Below are positions 27,401 to 39,400 of a stretch of DNA of 64,000 bases, one piece after another (the first letter of the stretch is position 1; the number at the start of each line of letters is the position of its first letter). The DNA comes from Camelus dromedarius (taxonomy: Eukaryota): positions 7,068,001 through 7,132,000 of the forward strand of contig NC_087436.1 in assembly GCF_036321535.1 (NCBI RefSeq), given 5' to 3'. The notes under the pieces were generated by a model that saw only the letters and a program-made list of their open reading frames with translations, did no database searches and was not told the origin of the DNA. Both the position numbers and the translations under genes were made by a program.

Positions 27401-30400
27401 TGCTTTACCCCCATTTCAGACCCACGTCAGGGTCTGGGGACCACTGTCAAAGGGTGTTTAAGAGAAGGACCCTTGCAGATTAAAAAGAAGGCTTCCCCCA
27501 TTTCCTGTGAATTGCCATCTCAAAGGAAATGCACACAGTAGATTGTTGACTCTTGCAAGAGTCTCTTAGGAACTTGTTCAAAACAAGGGCAGAACCGGGG
27601 CCGTGGGACCTGCGTGCTGTCCCAGTCAGGACACAGGCTGGCCAAGGCGGAGGGAGCCGGCTGCCCCTTCTCCACGGAGATGCTCATCCACAAAGGCGTT
27701 TCCCAGTAATGTCCTCTGGCATTTGCTCCTGCCTGCCTGGCTCTCCGGGAGCTCCACGTGTCCAGGCTGGGACATGTGGGACGGCAAGCCTGGCTACATT
27801 GCCTGTCACTGTTCAGGACGCCCTGAACAACACTTCTTAACTCTGGAGCCAAACCTCAGCTGCTTCCGAGCTCGGCCCTCTGCTGCCTCAGTGCTTGGGT
27901 CACACATACCTGCAGGAAAACATCACCTCTAACTTTGTCAGCCTCTTGATTGGTGTTTCCACAGAGAGATGTCATTTGTATCCTCAAATCACAAATTAGA
28001 GATAAGTTGAAAAAGTAGTTAAGTGGTGGCTCTCATACAATGATGAGCTTCTGCACTTCCTGAAAATGTAGTGTTTTTGGAAATCACATTTTTTCTCGCC
28101 ATGTGGAATGTTTCATTTTATACTTGACTTTTCCGTGTTACACACCTGAACCTGATTCAACCCATCCAGAACGTCTGTTTTCCTTCCCTAGCCATGACTT
28201 CCTCACTCTTCTTCACTCTTGCCTCATTCCAGCCCCGACGTGAGCAGGTGGTGCTGGTTTAGGAGGTCAGTTCTTCTCAGTTTTATGTGCACTGGTAGAC
28301 CTGTGGTCCTGATGGCATTCTCCAGATCTCCACTGAGGGGGCAGATTCACGATTCACAGTCATTACTCAGGAAAATTAGAAGCAGATACCCCTCACGGGC
28401 CTCGTGAGTCATCAGAACTGAGAGAGTTAAATCCGTGAGTGACCAGGCCCCGCGGTGTGAGTTTTCTGACCTGTTGGCTTTGGCAAAATATGCAAAAGGC
28501 CAGTTTGGCAGGACACCCACCACACTGGTGCCGTTTCTCACTTTATGGAATTTGGCTTAAGGAAAGCATCTTTCTACAAAATCAAAAAAAAAAAAAAATC
28601 ACAGGGCAAACATCTGGATTCTGTTTTCAACAAGTTGCTTACAAAAAGACAGGAACCCTGACTCAGTTCTCGTCTCTACGGCTGGCGTTAATCTTTGGGA
28701 GCCTCTGTTTCCTCATCGGACGGAGGAATCAGACCTGCCCCACTTAACTAGTAAGGTTTTTGTGAAAGTCAGATATTTGAAAGTTGAGGTCTGTTTTGGG
28801 GCTGTTCTACTCATCGGATCAGAGAGAGGGAAGCAGCTTCCAGGTTTCTTTGGTATTTGAATAAATCGGTAAACCTGGACTGATCAGTAGTCTCAGGTCA
28901 CGCATCTCTCTGGGGAAACTGATGACCCGTGTCTAATCTCTCCTGCTTCCTTCCTGAGAGCCTGTTTCCTTATTTAAGCTGATCATTTAAATTGAGCTGT
29001 CACTTTGGGCAAAAAGAAAAAGACAAAATAATCTAGAAGGCAGGGAAAGAAAGACAGGAGCAAATGGACTGTAGCTGGTGCCGGTGAAATTGGTGTGACG
29101 TGTGAGTTTCCGTCCGTGACTCTGGACGGGGTCGTGTGGTCTGGTGACTGGGGCGGCCGCTGCCTTCTCTGTCTGTCGGAAAGGGTCCTTCCATCGTCCG
29201 CTTGAGCGTTCTCACAAACCTTCTGGAGGTAGCATCATTGCTTCAAGGAATGCCCGGAGACAGCTGCTTAGCCTCTGAATCCTGTTTCCCCAGGTACTAC
29301 TTGAAAAACAACATGGAGACAGAAACGCTGTGTTCAGATGAAGACGCCCAGGAGCTGCTGAGGGAGAGTCAGATCTCACTGCTGCAGCTCAGTACTGTGG
29401 AAGTGGCCACGCAGCTCTCCATGCGGAATTTTGAGCTCTTCCGCAATATCGAGCCTACTGAGTACATCGACGATTTATTTAAGCTCAGGTCCAAAACCAG
29501 CTGTGCCAACCTGAAGAAATTTGAAGAAGTCATTAACCAGGAAACGTTCTGGGTGGCATCTGAAATTCTGCGAGAGACGAACCAGCTGAAAAGGATGAAG
29601 ATCATTAAGCATTTCATCAAGATAGCGCTGCACTGCAGGGAGTGCAAGAATTTCAACTCGATGTTTGCCATCATCAGGTAGGAGCGCCTGCTTGTCATAA
29701 GACTCAGTTCCGTTTGCAGATTAAAAATAAGGAGAAATAATTGCCTCCCCCTGCAAAAAAAAAAAAAAACTAAAAAAAAAGTGAAATAGGATAGATTTGG
29801 GAATCTGGATTAAAAAATAATTTTTAAAAAAGTGTGAAAAAAATAGAGAGAAATCCAGGAAAACATATCATTTGTACGAGTGTAGTCATTTTTAATCGAA
29901 TCATATTGAACCATTCTTTTTCTCTGAACCCCAATCTCCATCCTTCATTTAAAATCTCTGGTTGGGGGAGGGTATAGCTCAGCAGTAGAGAGCATGCTAA
30001 GCATGCATGAGGTCCTGGGTTCAATCCCCAGTACCTCCATTAAAGTAAGTAACTAAATGAACCTAATTACCTCCCCCCAAACAAAAACAAACAAACAATA
30101 AAATTTTTTTTAAAATTTAAAAATAAAAACAAAAAATAAAATCTCTTGCATGCTGATTTGGAGCCCAGAACATTACATTCACCACTTTTTCAGCTCTGTG
30201 ACTTCAGGCAAATTATTTGAACTCCTGTGAATGTCAGTTTATTTCTCAATATAATAACAGTGACCCCATGAGCTATCAAGCAGACTGAGTGAGAGAATGT
30301 ATGTGGGGTCCCATCAGCCAGCACAAAGCAGCAGATGCCCAGTGTTAAACGTTTTCTTCTCTAAGTTTGCAATTGCAGCTGGAAGGAAACACAGACGGAA

Positions 30401-33400
30401 ACAATTAGCAATGCTGATGGTGATGGTGATGAGTGATTAATAATTAATTGAGTCAGTCGTTTTTCCTGTCTGGGAGTTTGATCATACCCTTATTCTTAAG
30501 GCTTTTGCTTTGTGTCATGACTGTAAGGTATCTGGCTGGTCTGTTTTATCAAACGCCTGCTTTGTGCCAGGAGCATCTCTGTGTGTGGAGACAAAGCAAC
30601 AGGGTTAAATCCTGCCCTCACAACACCTCAACTTCTGATTGTTTTGCTCACAATAAACAGACCAGAAGGTTGTAAAGGGAAGATGAGTAAGGTCCCTAGT
30701 CCCTGTCTGTCTTCTATCTTCAATTCTCATCACCCAGAATTACTATGTTTTTAATTGAAGTCTAGTTGATATACAGTATTTCAGGTGTACAGCAAAGTGA
30801 GTCAGTTGTATATAAATATTTTATTTTTCAGGTTCTTTATCATTATAGGTTTTTACAAGATTTTGTAAAACCCTGTGCTGTACAGTAAGTCCTTCTAACC
30901 CAGAATTATTCATCGTTTCTTAAGCATCCTGTGATCTGCCGAGTACACAAGGCACACACACAGAGGTGTTCTGTGTTAATAGACAGCACACGACTTTACT
31001 GCCTTCATTTCATAAGGATGAGTTGTTTAACTTCACACCACTTTTCTTTTTTTTTCCGCTCAGCGGCCTAAACCTGGCACCAGTGGCAAGACTGCGAACT
31101 ACGTGGGAAAAACTTCCCAACAAGTACGAAAAGCTGTTTCAGGATCTCCAAGACCTGTTTGATCCTTCCAGAAACATGGCGAAATACCGCAATGTCCTCA
31201 ACAGCCAAAATCTCCAACCTCCCATCATCCCCCTGTTCCCAGTGATCAAGAAGGATCTGACCTTCCTTCACGAAGGTAAAACTCAGAGTGGAGGACCTCT
31301 GGCCCCACTGGTGGAAGCGGAGCATACAGGCCACGTGACTCCCTTTTCCTTCTTTGCCAATTTCAGGAAACGACTCAAAGGTCGAGGGGCTGGTCAATTT
31401 TGAGAAGCTCAGAATGATTGCAAAAGAGATCCGTCACGTGGGCCGCATGGCCTCGGTTAACATGGATCCCGCCCTCATGTTCAGGACCCGGTGAGTGTGT
31501 GGCCCTCGGCAGCGCTTGCGGGGTTGGGGAAGGTTGGGCTAGAGCTTCCTGACAGACGAGGAAACTGTGGACACTTATATCCGTAGCTGGCGAGGCTCCT
31601 TAGGCCCTGCAGAGCACCACCCCCGAGCTCTGACTCAGCGTGAACGCCTTAGCCCGCGTCGAGGGCACTTCTGGCTGCCGGGAAACAGTCTGCCCTTCAG
31701 ACACCTTTCATCTAAGGCGAGGCACAGCCATTCCTCCTTTTTCAGACGTGCATAGCTTAAGCTCATCACCAACAGTCTGAACTAAAATGCGTAAATAACC
31801 CCTACAGTGTGGTCTGGCCCACTACACGGTGGGTTTCGCTGTCCGTGCAGTCCAGAACGATTAACCCCGGGAAGGGGTTTTTAGAACAAATGATTTAGAC
31901 GCATTTGTCTTTTGAGCCAGAAAAACATCGCTGGTCAGGTGGTGTGTGTGAGGCGACTGATGTGTGTGGGCTGCGAGGACTGCTTACCCGGAAGTCTAGT
32001 CCTTTCCTTCTGAGCTTGTGATCTTTCTGTCTCTCTCTCTACATCCACGCTTCAATCTCCACGGCTCTCACTTACAGGAAGAAGAAATGGAGGAGTCTGG
32101 GGTAAGTGGTGGAGACCCCGCACACCCACGCCCACTTCGCGTCCCCCACGTGCCTCGTTTTCTTACCTGCTGTGTTTTCTGATGCTTTGCACTTTTGCAT
32201 TTTTTTTTTTTCCTAACCCTCTGGCTCTTGCAGAATTTCAGTTTCAAACTGACTTCATGTGTAATCTCCTGGGGCTTTCGCTTTTGAGGTCCTGACCCAC
32301 GGGAGCTGCGAAACGATCGATGATTGTTCCGGGTGACTGTAGGCCAGGCATCCCTCTGAGCTTTCAGAAAGACTGTATTTTAATATAATTTGTGTGTCTT
32401 GAAAAGGAAAAAGCCTAACACGGGATGAGGGGAGGAAGGAGGTTAGAAGGAAAAACTGTGCAACTTAAATACTGTTGCACAGATCCCTGAGGAGTAGATA
32501 TATGCAGAAGGTGCCCCGAGGTCTTAAAAACTAAAAATTTTTACAGCTCAACTAACTACTGTTTTCATCCTATAAACCAATTCTTTAAAAAAAAAATAAT
32601 TCTTAACTCATGTGCTAGTTTCTATACAGATGTTTTTACATTTGCATGAGCATCTTATTAACAGATTGACCCTGTCACTTAAAAAACTCACTACATTTAA
32701 CCCAAGTGATAAGAAAACCGTTGTGAACCTTGTGGCTAAATTTACTTAAATTGAGGTAAAACGTCCTCTTTAGAAGAAATAAGTTCAGTGTCACTGTTCA
32801 TGACTGTGACTGTGTATTATTCCTGCATGAGCTTTTATGTGTCATCATTATGACTCGCTGGCCTCAGCGAGGGAGCTGCCTTGAACCCTCTGAAGAGGTG
32901 AAACACAGAATTTTCTAGTTGGAACCCAACAGGTGCCAAACATATATATGTTTTTTTTTATAGTGTATATATGAATCTCTTTAAACTTAAAAAATGTGAA
33001 TCTACATTATGCAATGTTCCTTTGCAACAGTTTACTTACCAGAATGAGGCCTGTGACCTTTTTGCACATAGACTCTTGCTAGAGGTCGCGGCGCGTCTGG
33101 AGCGGGTCCGTGAGCCCCGGCCAGAGCGAGCCGCATCCCTGCCCTCCGCCTTCCAGGTCCCTGAGCCAGGGCAGCACGAGTGCGGCGGTGCTGGACGTGG
33201 CTCCGACCGGCGGCCACAAAAAGCGGGTGCGCCGCAGCTCCTTCCTCAACGCCAAGAAGCTGTACGAGGACGCCCAGATGGCTCGGAAAGTGAAGCAGTA
33301 CCTGTCCGATCTGGAGCTGGACATGGACGAGGAGAGTCTTCAGACGCTGTCCCTGCAGTGCGAGCCGGCCACCAGCACGTGTGAGTGGCTCCTCCGAGCG

Positions 33401-36400
33401 GCCGGGGCGGGGGGGCCCGGGGAGCACGCCCCCTTTCCGCCGCCGCGCCGCATCCTGAACCGAGTGGCAGGGTCCTGCCCCCCTCTCGGGGTTAGCGTGG
33501 GGGCGGGAACCGGCTTTATTTCATCCCCTTGCAGCCGGAGCGCAGGCCGGGGACACGGGTGATGCAGCTCCCTCTTGCATACCCTGTTTCCCCGCAAAGA
33601 TGCTTCTCAGGTGATGGACAGGCTGGGAGCAGCGCGGAACCGGGGGCTCAGGAGCCTCCCCCCACCCCCAGCGCCCGCGCACCCGCAGTGACTGCCCCGC
33701 AGTGAGCAGGGCGCCGCCCATTGGTAGCCCTCCCCCACCCGCCTTAACCGCCTGGCCAGGCCCGAAATGGGGCTGTTTTCTCTTTCTCGGCATCGGAATT
33801 TGTAAGACGGAGTCGTTTTCCAGGCAGGACACTTGGGGGGCTTCTGTGGGCAGGTTGGAAGGTACCACCTCGCTGGAGGGTCAGTGTCGGATGCTGTGAG
33901 ATTCGGGTCAGTAGACTTGCTTGGGAAACTTTAATAAAACCACTGCGGCATAGAGTGAGGAGCTTGTCCTCCAGAGTCAGCCTGGTCTGAACGCAAACCC
34001 TGTGTTCCTCGTACTAACAGTGTCACCTTGGGCAGGTCACTGAGCTCCCCAAACCTCAGCTGCTTTACATGTAAATTGAAGGAAGTATGATACATCATGG
34101 GGTGGTTTGGAATATTAATACACTTAAAACGCAGCATTTAATTGCCCTGTTAAATTGTTCTGCCTTCTCTCTGCCCTGGAATTAGACACTCGGTATAAAA
34201 CCCAAGCAGTACTGGCTGCTGTTGGCAATGTGGTTTATTCTACCTCATAGGAGAGAGAATTTGAGAGAAAAAAGATCGCAGCCAATGTCACTTATTAAAC
34301 TAAACCTAAGCTCATAATATATATAAGGGATTTTGGTCGAGGAATTTTGGGTGCCATTTTAGAAAAACAACTTGTAACAATTTTCCTGTTACAATACCAT
34401 ATATTTGCTTTTTTACAGACATACATATAATATGTTGAACTATCCATGTTTTTCTATTTTGTATTTTTAACGCAGTACTTAATAGTATAAACATCTTTTG
34501 AGAGGGTGAGTTTTACGAAGTGAATCTGTGTCCTGTCATGCCTTTTTTGGGTAACAGGGGTTCTCCCTCGCCCCCATTTCTGCCCTTTAGGTAGGCAGCA
34601 GGAAAAAGGTACATATTTTAGTATTTGCACCGCAGATGTTTATGCATTCCTAAAATGATCTCATGTGTAGCCACTAACTCCTTAAATCTCTTGTTCTGTT
34701 TTCACACCCAACTGTGATCAGTGCCTAAGAATCCTGGTGACAAAAAGCCCGTCAAATCTGAGACCTCCCCAGTGGCTCCGAGGGCCGGGTCGCAGCAGAA
34801 GGTGCAGCCCCAGCCCCAGCCCCCGCCACCGCAGCCGCCACAGAAGATCAGCCAAGGCCTGCAGGTCCCCGCCGTGTCCCTTTACCCTTCTCGAAAGAAA
34901 GTTCCCGTGAAGGATCTCCCACCTTTCGGTAGGTGGCCAGGTTCACGCTGTCTCGGGGCTGTTCATCATCAGGCTTCTCAGATGAGGAACCTTGTCCCAT
35001 CCTGTCCTGTCCTGTCCTGGGTAATGTTGTCTCGTGTACTTAGTCCCCCCCCCCCCCCCATCGTTACCCTTTAATGGGATATTACTGCTCAGTGAGTTAA
35101 GCTTGACTTTGGCCAGTGGAAAGGACTGTTCATCTAGTCTTGTCATAGCAGTGCGGGCGCGGGCATGAACTGGGGAGACTGTGCTTCCACATGTTCTGTT
35201 TTTGGCGAGTACAGAAGTTGCCCCTGTGCCTTATTTCAGCTAGCTTGGCCTTATGATCAAAGTTGCTGGAACGTAGGCGAGATATTTTTAAGTGAAAGGA
35301 TTTGTCTGGAGGTGAATTCTCATTTGTCGAATCACTGATTCTGCAACTGGGGAGGAAAATAACCATCAATTCCTGTATGTTAAGGAGCCAAGTCGTGCTT
35401 CATCTTTCCTATTAAAAGTGATGTCTGGTGGGGAGGGTGGAGCTCAGTGGTCGAGCATGTGCTTAGCATGCACGAGGTCCTGGGTTCCACCCCCAATACC
35501 TCCATTAAAAGTAAGCATGAAATAAATAAATAAACCAAATGACCTCCCCTACTCCAAGGGAAGACCACAAAAAACAAACAAAAAAGTGGTATATCTACTA
35601 ATTTAGTCCCTTTATGTAAATGGTATGAAATTATTTTTCATAAAATGTTCTGGTTCTTTTTTCTCTGTATATATGTGAAAGGAAACAAAGTTGGTAAAAG
35701 GAAAGACATTAAAAAAAAAAAAAAACAGCTTGCAGTGAAGAGTTTACTTAGACAAAATAGGGTGTTGGTGACTGAGACAACCCCCGCCCAGTGGCACCCG
35801 TCCTCACGAGCTGGGCTGAGGACGGGTGGGTCCTTCACAGGCTCCATCTCCGGCTGTTCCTCCTGATGGACAAATGTCCCGTTTGTTGAGTCTGGGGAGG
35901 AGCGAGACATTTCCCCTTTACTTAACACTTCTTCTTCCAAGTGTCTTTGCTGCTCCCACATCACAAATGAATGGAACCGCGTCTCTTGTCCACTGCCTTG
36001 TTAATTTCCTCCTAGTCCCAAGTCCCCTGCTGTCTGACTTCTGTGGCCTCTTTTACGTCAAACTCATACAGAAGTTCACCCGCCTCCCTCTTCGCAAAAC
36101 ACAGCCTATTATCCCAACTGTAGAGCAGGCGGTCCCCTGCTTTCCCAGAGAGAATCTGTCACATGTTTTTTGGCCTTTTTGAATTTATGAACTTTAGGAG
36201 TGTAGATGAAATTAGTCCAGTCTTCTTATGATAGTTAAGTATGTAAAGTCATGTAATATAAAATATTACTTTAGAGATGCTGCACCCACCCCCATTCATG
36301 AAATACATTTTGTTCTGATACTTGCTGCACTTTTTATATGTGTCTTGGTCATCACTGGAACTCTTCTGAACCGGAACGGTTTTCTGCATCACAGCATCTT

Positions 36401-39400
36401 CATGGCCATCCGCGCTGTTTGAAGGCAGCACTTTCTCAGTCTACGTAGGATGCCACAGCAGCGCTGTTCATTCCTGTAGCTTTGGTGTAGCTGGTGTTTT
36501 CACGCATCCTGTATATGTTAGTATCTGTCCGTGTAATTAAAAGATCGCTTTCAAAGCGATTTTTAGAAGATTGTATTAAAGTAGCATCACACACTTACAG
36601 GAGGTGAAATAAAGGATTAAATCTTTGTTCAACTTCATTGCCTCCTTTTTCATGGACCCTGTTCAGTCCAAGGACATTAAAACTAACATTGATTGAGGTG
36701 GTTTCAAGCTGTACCACCTTCCCTGATGTCTCTTTGTTGTTCAAAATAAGGCAATTGAGAACACCTCTTAATACTGGAGGCTTTGTAAAATATCTGTGTG
36801 TGACTCCCTCATTTCTAAAAGTGCTTTTTTTTAAGGGGAAAAAATCACCTTCATTGGCACAAGTAATCCTTTTTCTTCTGCCCCCGACCTCCTGGATCCG
36901 CCCCCTGGTGCTGGATGGCTCCCTCCTGAACCCACTCCGAGCTTGGCTCGTTCCTGTCTCCCGGCCTCCTCCTGTCTGTCTGTCTGATCACATGTTAGCT
37001 GCAGGGAATCCCTTAGCCCACTTTTAGTCTTTCTGGCTACTTCCTTTTGGCTCTTCACTTTTCTTTCATCATTCACACTTTCCGAGAGCTAACATTTCCA
37101 ACAACACAAAGATACCCATCTCCAACTCAAACTTGAGTTCTAATAAATACTCTTAGCTGCATCACTTTCATTCTCAATTAAAGTATTTCCAAATTGTCTT
37201 TTTTTTTTTTTTTGAAGTATTTTTTGGGTGGGTCAGGTAATTAGGTTTATTTATTTATTTACAATTTTTTTTTTAATGGAGGTACTGGGGGTTGAATCTA
37301 GGACCTCATGCATGTTAAGCACATGTTCTGCCACTGAGCTACACCCCCCCCCATTGTCTCTATTTTTTCTTCACTGTTGTCTAACATGGCTTTGAATAAA
37401 GCGGTGATCAAGATTGAGAATCTGAAGTAAAAGATCAGAAGCAGTCTAGTGCTAGTCCTGGGGCAGGCACCAGTCAGAAGCCACACTGTGTGTCCCCGGC
37501 GCCTTCTGTAAGCTCGCCATTCACAGCGTGCAGATAGCACTGAGTTTGTAAATAGGCTGACGCTGAATGCAGTGTTAATCTTAACACCAGAGTTTTTAGA
37601 CATTAACGTTACTTCTTTTCAGTCTTGGAAATGCGTATTGAAGTTATTTCTCTCTCTTCTAGGCATCAACTCTCCACAAGCTTTAAAGAAAATCCTTTCT
37701 TTGTCTGAAGAAGGGAGTCTGGAACGCCACAGGAAACCAGCAGAAGACACAATCTCAAACGCGTCTTCCCAGCTGTCCTCTCCCCCCACTTCTCCACAGA
37801 GTTCTCCGAGGAAAGGTAGGCTGGGTTACCACCTGACCTCCTTTATTTCAGCTGTGAGCGATTCCAGAGTGGTAGATTACATCCGTCTGACAGGAGAGTC
37901 ATTTACAGTGATCTGATGTGTAACACCCCGTGGGTTTTTCTCCCCTTTCGCCTGAACTTGAAATTCTTCCAAGTTTATAAATTTGCGAGAATGTTGATTA
38001 TTTTAAATGTTATATTTATAAATAAATACTGTTAAGCTTATATAACTATCTAAGGCCTTTTAAAAAATTCATTTAAGTGTTTTATTGATTATAAATATAT
38101 AAATAGTTCTTTTTACACTAACAGTTGTTTTAACTAAATATGATCACATAGCATTAATTACAGAGCAGAGGGCTTTAAAAACATTAAAAAAAACTAACAT
38201 TTTTATTTTTTTCATCGTGTTAACACGGGTCTTGATTATCTGTTTTTGTTGCTCTCTTGTTTTATTTTTAAGGAGATTAAATTTTAGGCACTCATACTGC
38301 CGTTCTCAGGGTACCACTGTCTTCCTTTATAACACTAGATAATGTTCTGCTCCATCGCCCTGAGGGTCCCTTTCTGTCCCGCCCTTTAACCGAGCAGGTG
38401 TAAGCCAGGAGGAATAAAAGGCCAGGAGAGTTTTCCCCGGAGGAAGGCCAGAGAGATGATTAACACGGTGTCAGAGTTCACTGACCCAGCGGATACCTCT
38501 TCTGCTGGAATTCTCCACTGTTTCAGAGCTCTGCACATTCCGCCCGGTATCGGCCTCCCTCCGGGTTCCGTGGGTGTGCCTGAGTCCTTCTCCCATCCTG
38601 TTGGTGGGTGGTAGTGGCAGTCAGCCGAGATCTTTTGGCCCCAGGCAGTTGGACTTCACCAGCTCCTGCTCTTCTCCTGGACATGAGAACAGTAACAAGG
38701 ATCACTGCGCAGGGTCGCGGGGCTCACAGAGCCACACCCACCCTTCGTTAGCGGAGGAAAACAGGAGGGTCCTTCCACTGTCGAGTGGTCCCCCAAGTGT
38801 TGTTCTGGAGATGTGCGTTTGAGCAGACTGTTCAGGGAAGGCTTTAAATCTTGTCTGTCAGAATTGGCGCTGTGGTTTGTATCAAGACGTTTCATAGATA
38901 AACTCATTAAGTCTTATCAAGACCTGTACCATCTTTAAAAAATAAATCAGGAATTAATAACTGAAAGGATGGGGAAGTACTATTTAGAGAGTAAATTAGC
39001 AACATTTAGGTGCTCTAGATTGGATTCTTTTTAATTAGGTAGATGGTGTGGAAAAATTTGCATTGTGTACATATAATCCTATAAAATCAGTATTTTAAGT
39101 AACATGAGATTATTAGTAATGTGGAAAAAAAAGAGTGCTAAGAAGATTTGGATTTTTTTTCCTTAAAAATGTCAAGACAAGCTTCTCTTCCTTTGGGACT
39201 TTCAGAATTATTTTTAGCAACCAAGGAGAGTGAAGGGCCCTGCCGGCCAGGAAATGGACCTCTGTTTAGACGAAGTGACAGGCCAGGAAGAAATGGAGAT
39301 TTTGTACATGGTATCCTTCAAAACAATTGGCTTTTAGGTGATATATACAATATGTTATTAGTGGTGAAGAATCAAATGGCAAAAATCCAAAGACGTTTTC

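Noticed and set aside
29964..30040. tRNA-Ala gene (and the similar heads of the other seven copies)
   Set aside because: Followed by SINE body and A-rich tail with TSDs, acceptor stem degenerate; these are SINEs, not tRNA genes.
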